A DNA stretch of 63,125 nucleotides from Chthonomonadaceae bacterium (GTDB lineage: Bacteria > Armatimonadota > Chthonomonadetes > Chthonomonadales > Chthonomonadaceae). This document shows positions 19,149 through 27,564 of the stretch, piece by piece (position 1 is the first letter of the stretch; each line of letters begins with the position of its first letter). The notes under the pieces were generated by a model. It did no database searches, was not told where the DNA came from, and saw only the letters and a list, made by a program, of their open reading frames with translations. The translations under genes and the position numbers were made by a program. The DNA lies in assembly GCA_035650735.1 (NCBI GenBank), contig DASRGZ010000035.1, positions 1-63,125 of the forward strand, written 5' to 3'.

Positions 19149-19178
19149 ATTCTACCCAATGCCGTATCGGCTTGTCAA
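19149..19178 (-). promoter_or_regulatory. sigma70-type promoter of purH
   Basis: TTGACA-N18-TAGAAT upstream of the riboswitch. Confidence 0.65.
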
Positions 19179-19419
19179 TCGCGTCCTAACCCTGTGAAAA
19201 ATACCAGTTTGCGGCGGCACCACGCGCCTTTGCTGCCTCCGTCCGTTATCCCCTGAGCGCACGCTGCCGATAATGAGGGCATTCTATTCTAGCCCTTACC
19301 TCCTATCTCCTCTTCCGGCGCTGCGGGGGTGGGGGAACGGTCAAGCCAACGCTTGATTCCCCCCTCTCCTTCGCAAGGAGAGGGGCCGGGGGTGAGGTCT
19401 TCCCCTCGGCGGAAAACTT

Positions 19420-20142
19420 ATGCACGCTATTCTGATTGTGGAAAACGAGACACCGGGCGGTATCGCGGCTGCGTTGGACGCGCACGGCTATCGCGTGCTG
19501 ATGGCCTCCTGCGGCGTGGAGGCGCTGGCGGTGGCCCAAGCGCACTACCCCAGCCTTGTGCTGATCGATGGCGAACTGGCAGATCGAGACAGATCGACGC
19601 TCTGCCGGCGTATCAAGGCGATCCCGGGGCTGGAAGCGTGCTACTGCGTGCTGCTGGTATCTGGCGGGGAGGTGGGGCCGATTGCGGGTCTAGCGGAGGG
19701 CGTAGACGATCTATGGTGCAAAATCTGCCTGCCCGGCCAGCTAGAGACGCGGATCCGCGCCGCCCTGCGCGTGGTGGAGATAGAGCGGCATCAAAAGACC
19801 CTGGCGCTGGAGGCGGAGGTCTGGAAAGAGCAGGCCGAGCGCAATCGCCGCCGCGCCGCCGAGCTGACGATCCGGCTGGCCGAGACGATGGCCCAGGCGC
19901 ATGCCGTTCCCGCCTACCAGGCGGGCGCGGAGATGGCCCTGGCCAGGAGAGCGGCGGGCCTGCGGCACGACCTTGCCAATCCGCTGTTCGCCGTCACCGC
20001 CAACGCCGAATGCGCTCTGAAACGCCTGCGCGCGCTGCCGGAGGCAGGACTCCCCGGCATCCAGGATATGAAGGCGTCCCTGGAGTGCATCCTGAAGGCG
20101 GCAGAACGCCTCCAGGAGGTCATGGAGGGCCTGACTACGTAG
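19420..20142 (+). CDS. receiver domain plus HisKA-like domain, no ATPase domain
   Basis: ILIVENE, LVLID and DDLWCK (REC); coiled coil; H-box LRHDLANPL. Confidence 0.7.
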   Translation: MHAILIVENETPGGIAAALDAHGYRVLMASCGVEALAVAQAHYPSLVLIDGELADRDRSTLCRRIKAIPGLEACYCVLLVSGGEVGPIAGLAEGVDDLWCKICLPGQLETRIRAALRVVEIERHQKTLALEAEVWKEQAERNRRRAAELTIRLAETMAQAHAVPAYQAGAEMALARRAAGLRHDLANPLFAVTANAECALKRLRALPEAGLPGIQDMKASLECILKAAERLQEVMEGLTT

Positions 20143-20172
20143 CCGTGCCGCCAAAGCGCCGGGGGTTGAAAA

Positions 20173-20325
20173 CCCCGGCCCTTGCCGGGCACTGAAAGTA
20201 CCCGGCTCTAGGGCCTACGGCCAAGCGTCCTGGCGGACGACCTACCAACGTGTTCCGTCCGAAGGACGGTTGGCGGCGCAGCCGCCCTACAGACGGGTAT
20301 TTTCAATGCCCGGCAAGGGCCGGGG
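20173..20325. repeat. long palindromic MITE/REP-like element
   Basis: inverted arms of about 42 bp, ccccggcccttgccgggcactgaaagtaccc.../...gggtattttcaatgcccggcaagggccgggg; homologous copies at 45895-46026 and 61230-61283. Confidence 0.8.
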
Positions 20326-20349
20326 GCGACTTTTCATTGGTTTCCCTTT

Positions 20350-22473
20350 TTAGAAGCGGATGCTGAGCTTGGCCTCGGCCTTGATGTCCGTCTTATCTGG
20401 CTGGATGACCCCGTCCGTGTCGTAGAGGGTGAATTGCCCACCCAGTGAGAGGTCGAACGTCGGCCCCAGGCGGTGCGTGAAGTTGAGCAGGTAAGATTCG
20501 CTGCCCGACAGGCTCTTATCAAACGCAGCGCGGGTGAGATATCCGGTCGTGAGCGTGTCCCAGGGCGTCAGGCGAAAGCCCAGCCCGACCTCCAGCGTAT
20601 TCAGCTTGCGCGCCTCCAGGTACTCCTCTTCGTAGCCCACCTTGCCGCTTAGCTGCAAGATGCCCAGCTCCGTCTCCAGGCCGAGGGCGCGCGAATCTAC
20701 CTTGCGCAGCGTGCCGTCGCTGTTTTCCGGGTTGCGCGCCATGCTGCCCGTCAGCCGGAACCGCTTCCAGGGGGCGAGGGCAAACTTCAAGTTGTAGGTA
20801 TTCACGGCGTCCGGGTCGGGCGCCTCCGCCGCCAGCATGCCGTCGCGCAGGCGCAGCCCACCGGAGACATCCAGGTAGCGGAAGGGACGCAGGCTGGCAT
20901 CTACCAGGCCGACAAACCGCTCCTTGCCCGGCGCGCTCGTCTGCTGCACGCCCCCGGAGATTTTGGCGCTGGCCAGTGGGAGCGTCGGCAATTCCACGAG
21001 CGCCTCCCGGGTGCGCCAGGCGCCGTCGGGCTGGAATTTATCTTCCACGCCCGCCTTGATCCGCAGATCGCGCAGGCGGGCCAGCGGCGTCGTCTCGATG
21101 CGCAGGCCCAGCGTATCCTGCGGGCCGGAGGTGCCGAGGTTGTTCTGGAAGGTTCCCGTCAGGCTGATGCGGTCGCTGGGACGGCTGGTGACGCCCACGC
21201 TGGTTTTCTGCTCGTAGCTGCCGCCGTCCTTGCTGTCGCCGGTCGGAGCGGTGTTGAGGGCTTCGTAGCTGACGGTGGCCTGCGTGTTGGCAACGAGGGT
21301 CCGCTCCAGCTTCAGCGTGTCCTGCGTGCGCAGGACGCCCTTGCCATCCGGGGACGTGATAGCGGTCTCCGTGCGCGCCGCCTGGAGCGTGCCGCCGTTT
21401 TTGGGCAGCGCCAGATCGAGCGCCTGGCTAAACTCGCGCGTGGTTGTGCCCTGCTGCGGCGTCCCTGCCGCTTTGCCGGGAGCGGGCAGCTCGGTCATCT
21501 GGCGCAGCGCGGTGGTCAGCGTCAGCCCTTTGAGCGGGTCGAACTTACCGGTCGCCTCCCAGATTTCGTTGCCCGCCTTCAGCCCGGTGGCGCCCCCCTG
21601 GGCAAACAGGGCTCCGGCGCGGGAGAAGGTCAGGCCAAACTCGGCGCGCTTAAGGCGCGTGCGCTCGGCCAGCCGCAAGCCGCTGCGCCCCAGCCAATCG
21701 CCGCCGTGCAGGTCAAGAAAGAGGCCGGAGGTTAGCTCGGAGGTGGACGAAAGGTGTGTGCCGCCCACGAATTGCAGTGCCGTCTGCGCGGTTGGATCGG
21801 TGGCTTTTGCATTAGGATCGGAGCGGTAGACCATCCCGAGCGAGAGGCGGTTCTGTCCGCGCTGCCAAAGATCCCATTGCAGCGGCAGGATCACCGCCGA
21901 CGGGTTAGGCGCAGCATCGGGAGTATCCTTGCGGTAGGTCACACGCACGATCTGGTCGGCGCGCAGCGGCTCCGCAAAGGAAAGACTGCCGGAAGCCGGG
22001 TCCAGCGTGTAGTCGCTATCGCGATGCAGCGGGACGCCATCGCGCACCACCCGTTCGCTGTCGGCGCGGATGCCCTTCCAGGTGAGCAGGTACGGCCCTT
22101 TGACGTTGCGCCCAAAGATGACGTCGGTCTGCTCGTCGGAGGCCGGGACTTGCGACGCGGAGGGAAGCGCAGCGGGGTTATCGGTAATGGCGGAATTCGC
22201 GAGCGTGGGCGCGGTCAGCGCGGGCGTCCGCACGTCCTGCGCCCACGCAACCGAGGGCAAGAGAGCGAAGAGGCAACCCAACCATCCGAAGCAAGAGAGT
22301 ATCCACCCCCCTTTCCCCTTGCAGAAAGAAGGGACGGGGGTAGATAGAGGAAAACGCAAGAACCTTGAGCCGGAACCAATAAGCGATCCGCCCCTGCCCT
22401 TTCGTAAGGAGAGGAGCCGGGAGGTTAGGTGGAACCTGGCAGGCATGGGACGGCGAAGAATCCGATAGCGCAT
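20350..22473 (-). CDS. uncharacterised secreted, probable outer-membrane beta-barrel protein (paralogue of 46347-49877)
   Basis: signal peptide ending AWA-Q; SERVVRDG..L...DYTLDPASGSL motif; alternating beta-strands; C-terminal LSIRF. Confidence 0.7.
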   Translation of the reverse strand: MRYRILRRPMPARFHLTSRLLSLRKGRGGSLIGSGSRFLRFPLSTPVPSFCKGKGGWILSCFGWLGCLFALLPSVAWAQDVRTPALTAPTLANSAITDNPAALPSASQVPASDEQTDVIFGRNVKGPYLLTWKGIRADSERVVRDGVPLHRDSDYTLDPASGSLSFAEPLRADQIVRVTYRKDTPDAAPNPSAVILPLQWDLWQRGQNRLSLGMVYRSDPNAKATDPTAQTALQFVGGTHLSSTSELTSGLFLDLHGGDWLGRSGLRLAERTRLKRAEFGLTFSRAGALFAQGGATGLKAGNEIWEATGKFDPLKGLTLTTALRQMTELPAPGKAAGTPQQGTTTREFSQALDLALPKNGGTLQAARTETAITSPDGKGVLRTQDTLKLERTLVANTQATVSYEALNTAPTGDSKDGGSYEQKTSVGVTSRPSDRISLTGTFQNNLGTSGPQDTLGLRIETTPLARLRDLRIKAGVEDKFQPDGAWRTREALVELPTLPLASAKISGGVQQTSAPGKERFVGLVDASLRPFRYLDVSGGLRLRDGMLAAEAPDPDAVNTYNLKFALAPWKRFRLTGSMARNPENSDGTLRKVDSRALGLETELGILQLSGKVGYEEEYLEARKLNTLEVGLGFRLTPWDTLTTGYLTRAAFDKSLSGSESYLLNFTHRLGPTFDLSLGGQFTLYDTDGVIQPDKTDIKAEAKLSIRF

Positions 22474-22535
22474 GCTTCCATCCTCTTGCTCAAGCTGGCC
22501 TATCTGCTTGCCTGGAGTAATTCTACGCTTAATAA

Positions 22536-22560
22536 GTCGTCTCTGTGACAGAAAAGTTTC
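22536..22560 (-). promoter_or_regulatory. ECF-type promoter
   Basis: GAAAC-N16-CGAC, about 60 nt upstream of ATG 22473. Confidence 0.45.
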
Positions 22561-22656
22561 GGCAAACTTGTCGCAGATGTCCGCCAGAGGCCCCACAGGC
22601 GCCGTCGGCAGACCGGGAAGACGTCGCAATTTTACCTGAAGCCCTGCCAATTGCGG

Positions 22657-22685
22657 GGAACTTTCTTGCGTTTGGAGGGGTCAAA
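22657..22685 (+). promoter_or_regulatory. ECF (sigmaE-like) promoter
   Basis: GGAACTT-N16-GTCAAA upstream of the STAS gene. Confidence 0.55.
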
Positions 22686-22802
22686 TAAGCACATTTGCGC
22701 CCGTTACGACGCGCTTTTTCCTCTTGTTTGCCAGGGGTTGCGCCGATAATCGAACTATCTTGCAGGCGTATTCCGCAGCCTGGAAAGGTGGAGAGGGAGA
22801 GC

Positions 22803-23210
22803 ATGGCAAGCACGGGACTGGCGTTGCATCTGCATAGCGGGATTCCGGTAGTAGACCTGGAAGGTGAGTGGGATGAGACGACCGATGGGCTTCTGGCCGA
22901 GACGATTCGCTGCCTGGAGCGCGCCGGCCACTTTGAGATCATCGTCAATATCTCGCGCGCGGCTAGGATCCCCTTGCTGGATCGCAGTCGGCTAGAGGCG
23001 CTGGAGCGGCTGGCGGCGTCCGTGCGCGCCCATTGCGGACATCTGGACGTAGTGGCGCAGGGCGAACAGATTGAGGCTTATCTGCGGCGGAAAGCGCAAT
23101 CGCTGATGCGGTGGGCGACCTCCGAGGAACAAGCCATCTGCCGGATCAAGGGAATCCCTATGATGACCGGCGGATGTAAAGTGCCGGCGCGGCTGATAGC
23201 TGGCAGCTAA
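22803..23210 (+). CDS. STAS-domain (anti-anti-sigma-like) protein
   Basis: PVVDLEGEWD..., IIVNIS and SEEQAI pattern; RBS ggagagggag. Confidence 0.65.
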   Translation: MASTGLALHLHSGIPVVDLEGEWDETTDGLLAETIRCLERAGHFEIIVNISRAARIPLLDRSRLEALERLAASVRAHCGHLDVVAQGEQIEAYLRRKAQSLMRWATSEEQAICRIKGIPMMTGGCKVPARLIAGS

Positions 23211-23410
23211 CCGGGGGAATGGTCAGGATAGAACGCTCTTCCGACCTCTCTCATCCTGCGAGGGGCGGCCTGAAAGCAGGAGGAAGATCCTCGGTTAAGG
23301 AAGCCTAAGGAGAGCACGCTCTGGAGATGCCGTAATGGCGCAGCAGGCGAATCCACGGAATCGGCGAGGTTCATGGACGCCGGACAATTGAATACTAGAG
23401 GTACACAACA

Positions 23411-23614
23411 ATGCAAAACGAGAATACCAAACTTCGCATAGTACGTCTTCTGGAACCGGCGCTCTGTATGTCTTGCCGGTACGCCACCATCGCTACGGTA
23501 GAGATGGCCGACGGCTCCAGCCGCCGCATGCTCCACTGCCGCCGATTGGACTGCGACAACTGGCAGACGGAAGAGACGACCGAGGTGCCGCGCAACATCT
23601 ATGACGGCGGCTAG
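23411..23614 (+). CDS. small Cys-rich, probably Zn-binding protein
   Basis: CMSC...HCRRLDC; RBS gagg. Confidence 0.7.
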   Translation: MQNENTKLRIVRLLEPALCMSCRYATIATVEMADGSSRRMLHCRRLDCDNWQTEETTEVPRNIYDGG

Positions 23615-23632
23615 GAGTCAACCAAAACCAAT

Positions 23633-24231
23633 TTATGCCCCTATGTATTTGTGTGTTTCTTTTGGCGGACGGCTCTTATTACGAGCCGTCCGCTCTATGT
23701 TTGGCCCCTGTCCTTTCATCTCCTTTGCCGCGCCGCGCACGCAGCGAATGCGCTTTGGCTTGATCATGACGAAAATAGGACTTTTGGCCCATGACTTCTG
23801 CTCCCTTGCCGGTTGCAGCGCAAACAGCAGCCCATCCAATCCATCCAGACGGATCAATTCCTCTGCGCCCGTAAAGTCCTGCTCGGTGGCACATCGTGTA
23901 ACACCGAATACATCATGGACCGGGCGGCAGTATCGCCCTGCTGGGCGAAAAGATAGGCCAGCCCTACCATTTGGTATATGTCTTCATCCTCGGCGGGATT
24001 TTGCAGTGAGGACAGAATTCGCTGTCGGTAGAAATCCGCCTCACCCGTCCGTTGGATAAGGTCAAATAGATAAGGCGCCCGGCTGTCTTCACACTGATGG
24101 TCATATCTCAGATCATGCGTGCAGGCATAAAGGATGACCTCACGGTACGGTCTGGCATCGTGGCTCTGTAAATAAAGCAGGGGACGACCTAAACCCTGGG
24201 CAAGCAATGCCTGGAACTGCTGAGCGTGCAT
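23633..24231 (-). pseudogene. frameshifted and truncated hypothetical protein
   Basis: the MHAQQF..QGLGR..YDHQCE frame continues as TRCATEQDFTGAEELIRLDGLDG only if one base is added at about 23900. Confidence 0.6.
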
Positions 24232-24483
24232 GAAGTCTCAAACACTCCTTGACACTTGATAATAGTATTGAGGTTGTCCCTCTTTCCCTTTGTCGCTCAA
24301 ACAGGCTTCACCGCTAAAGCGCCGATGCCGACAAGGATAGATTGCGCTCGCCCTCGATGCAAATTACACAGACAGGCGGCACTGGCGGCCTCATTTGTGG
24401 CAGGCTGAGTCCTAGGCTTGTGCGGCTTGGCAGATTGTGATACATTACAGGCAGAATCTTCTCTCTATCGAAAGGACCACTTT

Positions 24484-24690
24484 ATGCTCGCTGACATCCA
24501 GCGTCTCAGCATCGCGGGGCGTATCCAGTTGGTAGAAGACATCTGGGACGCCATTGCCGCTACGCCCGATGCGCTGCCCTTAACCGAGGTGCAATGCCAA
24601 GAACTCGACCATCGCTTGGAGGCAATGCAGCAAAACCCACAGGAAGGTATCTCATGGCCGGAACTGAAGGCAACGCGGCCGAGCCGGTAG
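24484..24690 (+). CDS. addiction module antitoxin component (TIGR02574-like), no toxin gene next to it
   Basis: LSIAGRIQLVEDIWDAI...ELDHRL...GISWPELK; RBS aagga. Confidence 0.8.
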   Translation: MLADIQRLSIAGRIQLVEDIWDAIAATPDALPLTEVQCQELDHRLEAMQQNPQEGISWPELKATRPSR

Positions 24691-24829
24691 ACGGTGGGCT
24701 TCCTATCCTCATTCGACCTATTGCCCGAAAGCCCCCTAACAGAGCGCCCCGATTACGACTGCTTCCTAGATGAGGCGGTTAATCCTTCCCCATGCGTGCG
24801 GATATTCCCATATTCTCATAAAATTCCAG

Positions 24830-24858
24830 TTGACCTATTTCTACGTTTTCGATACAAT
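24830..24858 (+). promoter_or_regulatory. sigma70 promoter that probably gives a leaderless mRNA
   Basis: TTGACC-N17-TACAAT, ending 5 nt before ATG 24864. Confidence 0.65.
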
Positions 24859-24863
24859 GGAGT

Positions 24864-25700
24864 ATGGAAACGCAGCGGGTAGAGCTAACAGAGACGGCGT
24901 GGAGGACGCTGCTGCAAAAGAGCAAGATGGGCTTCACCGACTACGCGCTCAATCCCTATAGTGGGTGCGCGTTCGGCTGCTCGTTCTGCTACGTGCCGTC
25001 TTTGCGCAAGTTCCGGGGGCAGGAATGGGAAACCTGGGGGCAGTGGGCGCAGGCGAAAGTCAACGCGCCGGAGGTGCTGCGCCGCGAGCTGGCGAAAATC
25101 CCCCCGGACGCTCGCATTATGATCGGGACGGCCACCGATGCCTGGCAGCCCATCGAAAAGCGCTTCGGCATCACGCGCGCCATTCTGGTGGAGTTAGCGC
25201 TCCATCCCAACCCGGTCTCTTTGATTACGCGCTCACCACTCCTGCTGCGCGACATCCCCATTTTGCAGCGAATGGCGGCCAACGGCGGCGTCCATGTCGG
25301 GATCTCGCTCTCCACGTTCGACGACCGGGCGCGCAAGGTCTTCGAGCCGCGTGCGCCGAGCGTGGCTGGGCGCGAGCACTTAATCCGCGCCGTGATCGCC
25401 GCCGACCTCCCGATGAGCCTGTTCTGGGCGCCTCTGCTGCCTGGCGTCTCGGATAATGCGGAGGCCGTCGCGGAATATATGCAGCGGGCAGCGGCGGTGG
25501 GCGTCCGGCGCATCCATTGCGACCTGCTCAACTACCGCGAGACGATGGGCGCGGGTTATGCCCAACGCCTGCGCGCCTACTATGAGGCATGCGCGCGGGA
25601 TGGCCAGCCGGTGACGGAGCGCAAGGTCCTCGGACGCGCGGCCCTGGCCCGCGAAATCGCGCAGCAGGCCGACCGCTGCGGCATTGTCTGTAAAACCTAA
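24864..25700 (+). CDS. radical SAM protein, SplB/Rv2578c-like (putative DNA repair)
   Basis: LNPYSGCAFGCSFCY (CxxxCxxC), GTATDAWQPIE and FEPRAPS motifs. Confidence 0.85.
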   Translation: METQRVELTETAWRTLLQKSKMGFTDYALNPYSGCAFGCSFCYVPSLRKFRGQEWETWGQWAQAKVNAPEVLRRELAKIPPDARIMIGTATDAWQPIEKRFGITRAILVELALHPNPVSLITRSPLLLRDIPILQRMAANGGVHVGISLSTFDDRARKVFEPRAPSVAGREHLIRAVIAADLPMSLFWAPLLPGVSDNAEAVAEYMQRAAAVGVRRIHCDLLNYRETMGAGYAQRLRAYYEACARDGQPVTERKVLGRAALAREIAQQADRCGIVCKT

Positions 25701-25724
25701 TTTCGGGTAAATGACTTGGAGCCA

Positions 25725-25766
25725 CAAAAACAAATGGCGCCCGGCCAATTTCCTTGGCCAAGCGCC
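25725..25766 (-). terminator. intrinsic terminator
   Basis: ggcgcttggccaa/ttggccgggcgcc stem followed by atttgttttt. Confidence 0.75.
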
Positions 25767-25891
25767 TGTTAAATACGAGGACTGAATGAGGTGTTCCTTC
25801 AAAGCGTGCGCTTTTGTCTAGACGGCTCGGAGGCTCGGGCCGCCATATCATCAGCGCATCTATGTGAGGAAATGCACCGAAAATCAGAACG
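25725..25891 (-). ncRNA. candidate small RNA (unassigned)
   Basis: lies between a consensus promoter (25897-25925) and an intrinsic terminator (25725-25766); contains no RBS-led ORF. Confidence 0.5.
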
Positions 25892-25896
25892 ATTTT

Positions 25897-25925
25897 ATCT
25901 TAGCATAGTCAATCCAGCTTGTCAA
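25897..25925 (-). promoter_or_regulatory. near-consensus sigma70 promoter
   Basis: TTGACA-N17-TAAGAT with extended TG and an AT-rich upstream tract. Confidence 0.7.
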
Positions 25926-26023
25926 GCACTTTTGGGGCCTTTTTGTGAAAAAATTTCAAGCAAGGCTTGTCAAAGATATCCTGCGCCCTTTAAGCCGATA
26001 AAGATGACAGCCTGAGGCCGTCT

Positions 26024-26317
26024 TTAGTCCGCATACTCCAGCGTATGGTTCTTATCGCGCACCATAACGCTAGCGGTCGGCTCAACGGTCTGGAGGCTCA
26101 GTGTCCGGCCATCCACCAGGTCCAGATTTAACGTCGTTCCCTTCTGGCGCACCGCTTTGATAGTGCCCCCTACCCCGTCCGCAGGCGCTTGCCCCGCGAT
26201 CTTGACGGTCATGGTGGAACCATCCATGAAATGGATGGCTAGCTTGCCGTCCTCCTGGTGCATGTCGGCAATGGTGCGGCCCTGGATGACACCGGTTAGC
26301 TTCTGATTGCGTGCCAT
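26024..26317 (-). CDS. small hypothetical protein with an internal two-fold repeat
   Basis: GRTIADMHQEDGKLAIHFMDGSTMTV / GGTIKAVRQKGTTLNLDLVDGRTLSL; RBS ggagg. Confidence 0.75.
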   Translation of the reverse strand: MARNQKLTGVIQGRTIADMHQEDGKLAIHFMDGSTMTVKIAGQAPADGVGGTIKAVRQKGTTLNLDLVDGRTLSLQTVEPTASVMVRDKNHTLEYAD

Positions 26318-26380
26318 CTTCTCCTCCAATCGCTTAAGGCTGCGTTCCAATTCGGCCTCTGTTTTCAGCGCAAGCTGGCC

Positions 26381-27175
26381 TCAGTCCCCTTTCGCCGCGC
26401 GATATCCCTGCCGGATCGCCTCCGCCTCCGACATGAACTGGCCCTCTTTGGTCTTGCCGTAGTGGCGCATGCCGGGCCGGAAATACTTGCCGGATCGCGT
26501 GTTGACCCAGACCTGCACGTTCCCTTCTGCGGCCGCGCCCTCCGAAGTCGTATCTGTTTCCGCCGTCTCCTGCGGCGCGCTCCGGCCTCTATCCCGGGCC
26601 CTGGGCCTATCCGTGTGGAAGTACTTTTTATAGGCGGCGATCCAGTTCGTAGCTATCTCCTGCTGGGCCGTCCTCAAATCCAGCTGCCGGGAGCAGACGA
26701 GCCGGTGCAGCTCGTTTTCCAGGGCATCTTTTACGCGCGCATTCCAGGGCTGCGTCTCAAACGATTCCGGCCAGAGATTCCGAATCGAGTTGGAGCCACC
26801 CAGCTCCAGAGAAATCAGGTGATCCACCTCATATTCGCCGGGCCTGTGATGCCGTATGCCGTATTCCGCATAGACCTGCCGCTTCACCTCGATGGGCACA
26901 TGGCGCACCTTGCGGCTGTAGCCGGGCGTGCAGACGTCCTCCAGCGTCACATCCAGCGTATCGCCCGGCGTCAGGTTCGGATCGGGCAGGATCGGCGGAG
27001 AGTTGCGGGCCATCGTCCCCGGGGCAGGCTGTTCGGGAAGGACGGCGGGAGGGCCGGGCGTGCGGACGGGCGGAGGCGGCGGGGCCACGGTACCGGCAGA
27101 GCGGCAGGCCATGCCCGATCCGATCATCGCCAGCCCCAGGCCGACCAGACAGACGCTTGTTAAGGGGGCTTTCAT
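26381..27175 (-). CDS. secreted or lipid-anchored HNH-like nuclease with a small C-terminal domain
   Basis: signal ..GMAC; YEVDHLISLELGGSNSIRNLWP (HNH); C-terminal VWVNTRSGKYF..YGKTKEG.FMSE.EA...GYR; RBS gaggtg. Confidence 0.75.
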   Translation of the reverse strand: MKAPLTSVCLVGLGLAMIGSGMACRSAGTVAPPPPPVRTPGPPAVLPEQPAPGTMARNSPPILPDPNLTPGDTLDVTLEDVCTPGYSRKVRHVPIEVKRQVYAEYGIRHHRPGEYEVDHLISLELGGSNSIRNLWPESFETQPWNARVKDALENELHRLVCSRQLDLRTAQQEIATNWIAAYKKYFHTDRPRARDRGRSAPQETAETDTTSEGAAAEGNVQVWVNTRSGKYFRPGMRHYGKTKEGQFMSEAEAIRQGYRAAKGD

Positions 27176-27564
27176 AGTCTCACCTCTTCTCTCCTTATCC
27201 TTCCATCCGGGCCATGAGCGCCCCTCTTCGGGGCCTGCTAACTCCATAGACGGTGTAACAGCGTCTTCTGGTTTCCCAACCTCCTGTGCGGCGGCAGGCG
27301 CGGCCTCTCTCCTCGCTCCCTCCGGACGCCGACCACCGGCAGCAATACGGATGGCCTATTCACGCAGACGCCCAATAATCCATGCTAACGAGCAACCTCC
27401 CGGCCCCTGCTCCCGTCTACTCAGTAGAGCGTGCAAAACCGGTAAAGAGGCGAAAGGATATTTCCCTCCCGTTGCGTATATAAAATGGACTGGAGGCCCA
27501 AAAGGCGCTCCAGCGTGGAATTCGGCACCCGGTAGAATTCACATCCCTGGATAAGGAGTAAGCG

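Noticed and set aside
19266..26002. sigma28 regulon from GCCGATAA boxes (about 19266, 22742 and 25995)
   Set aside because: none has a correctly spaced TAAA -35 element
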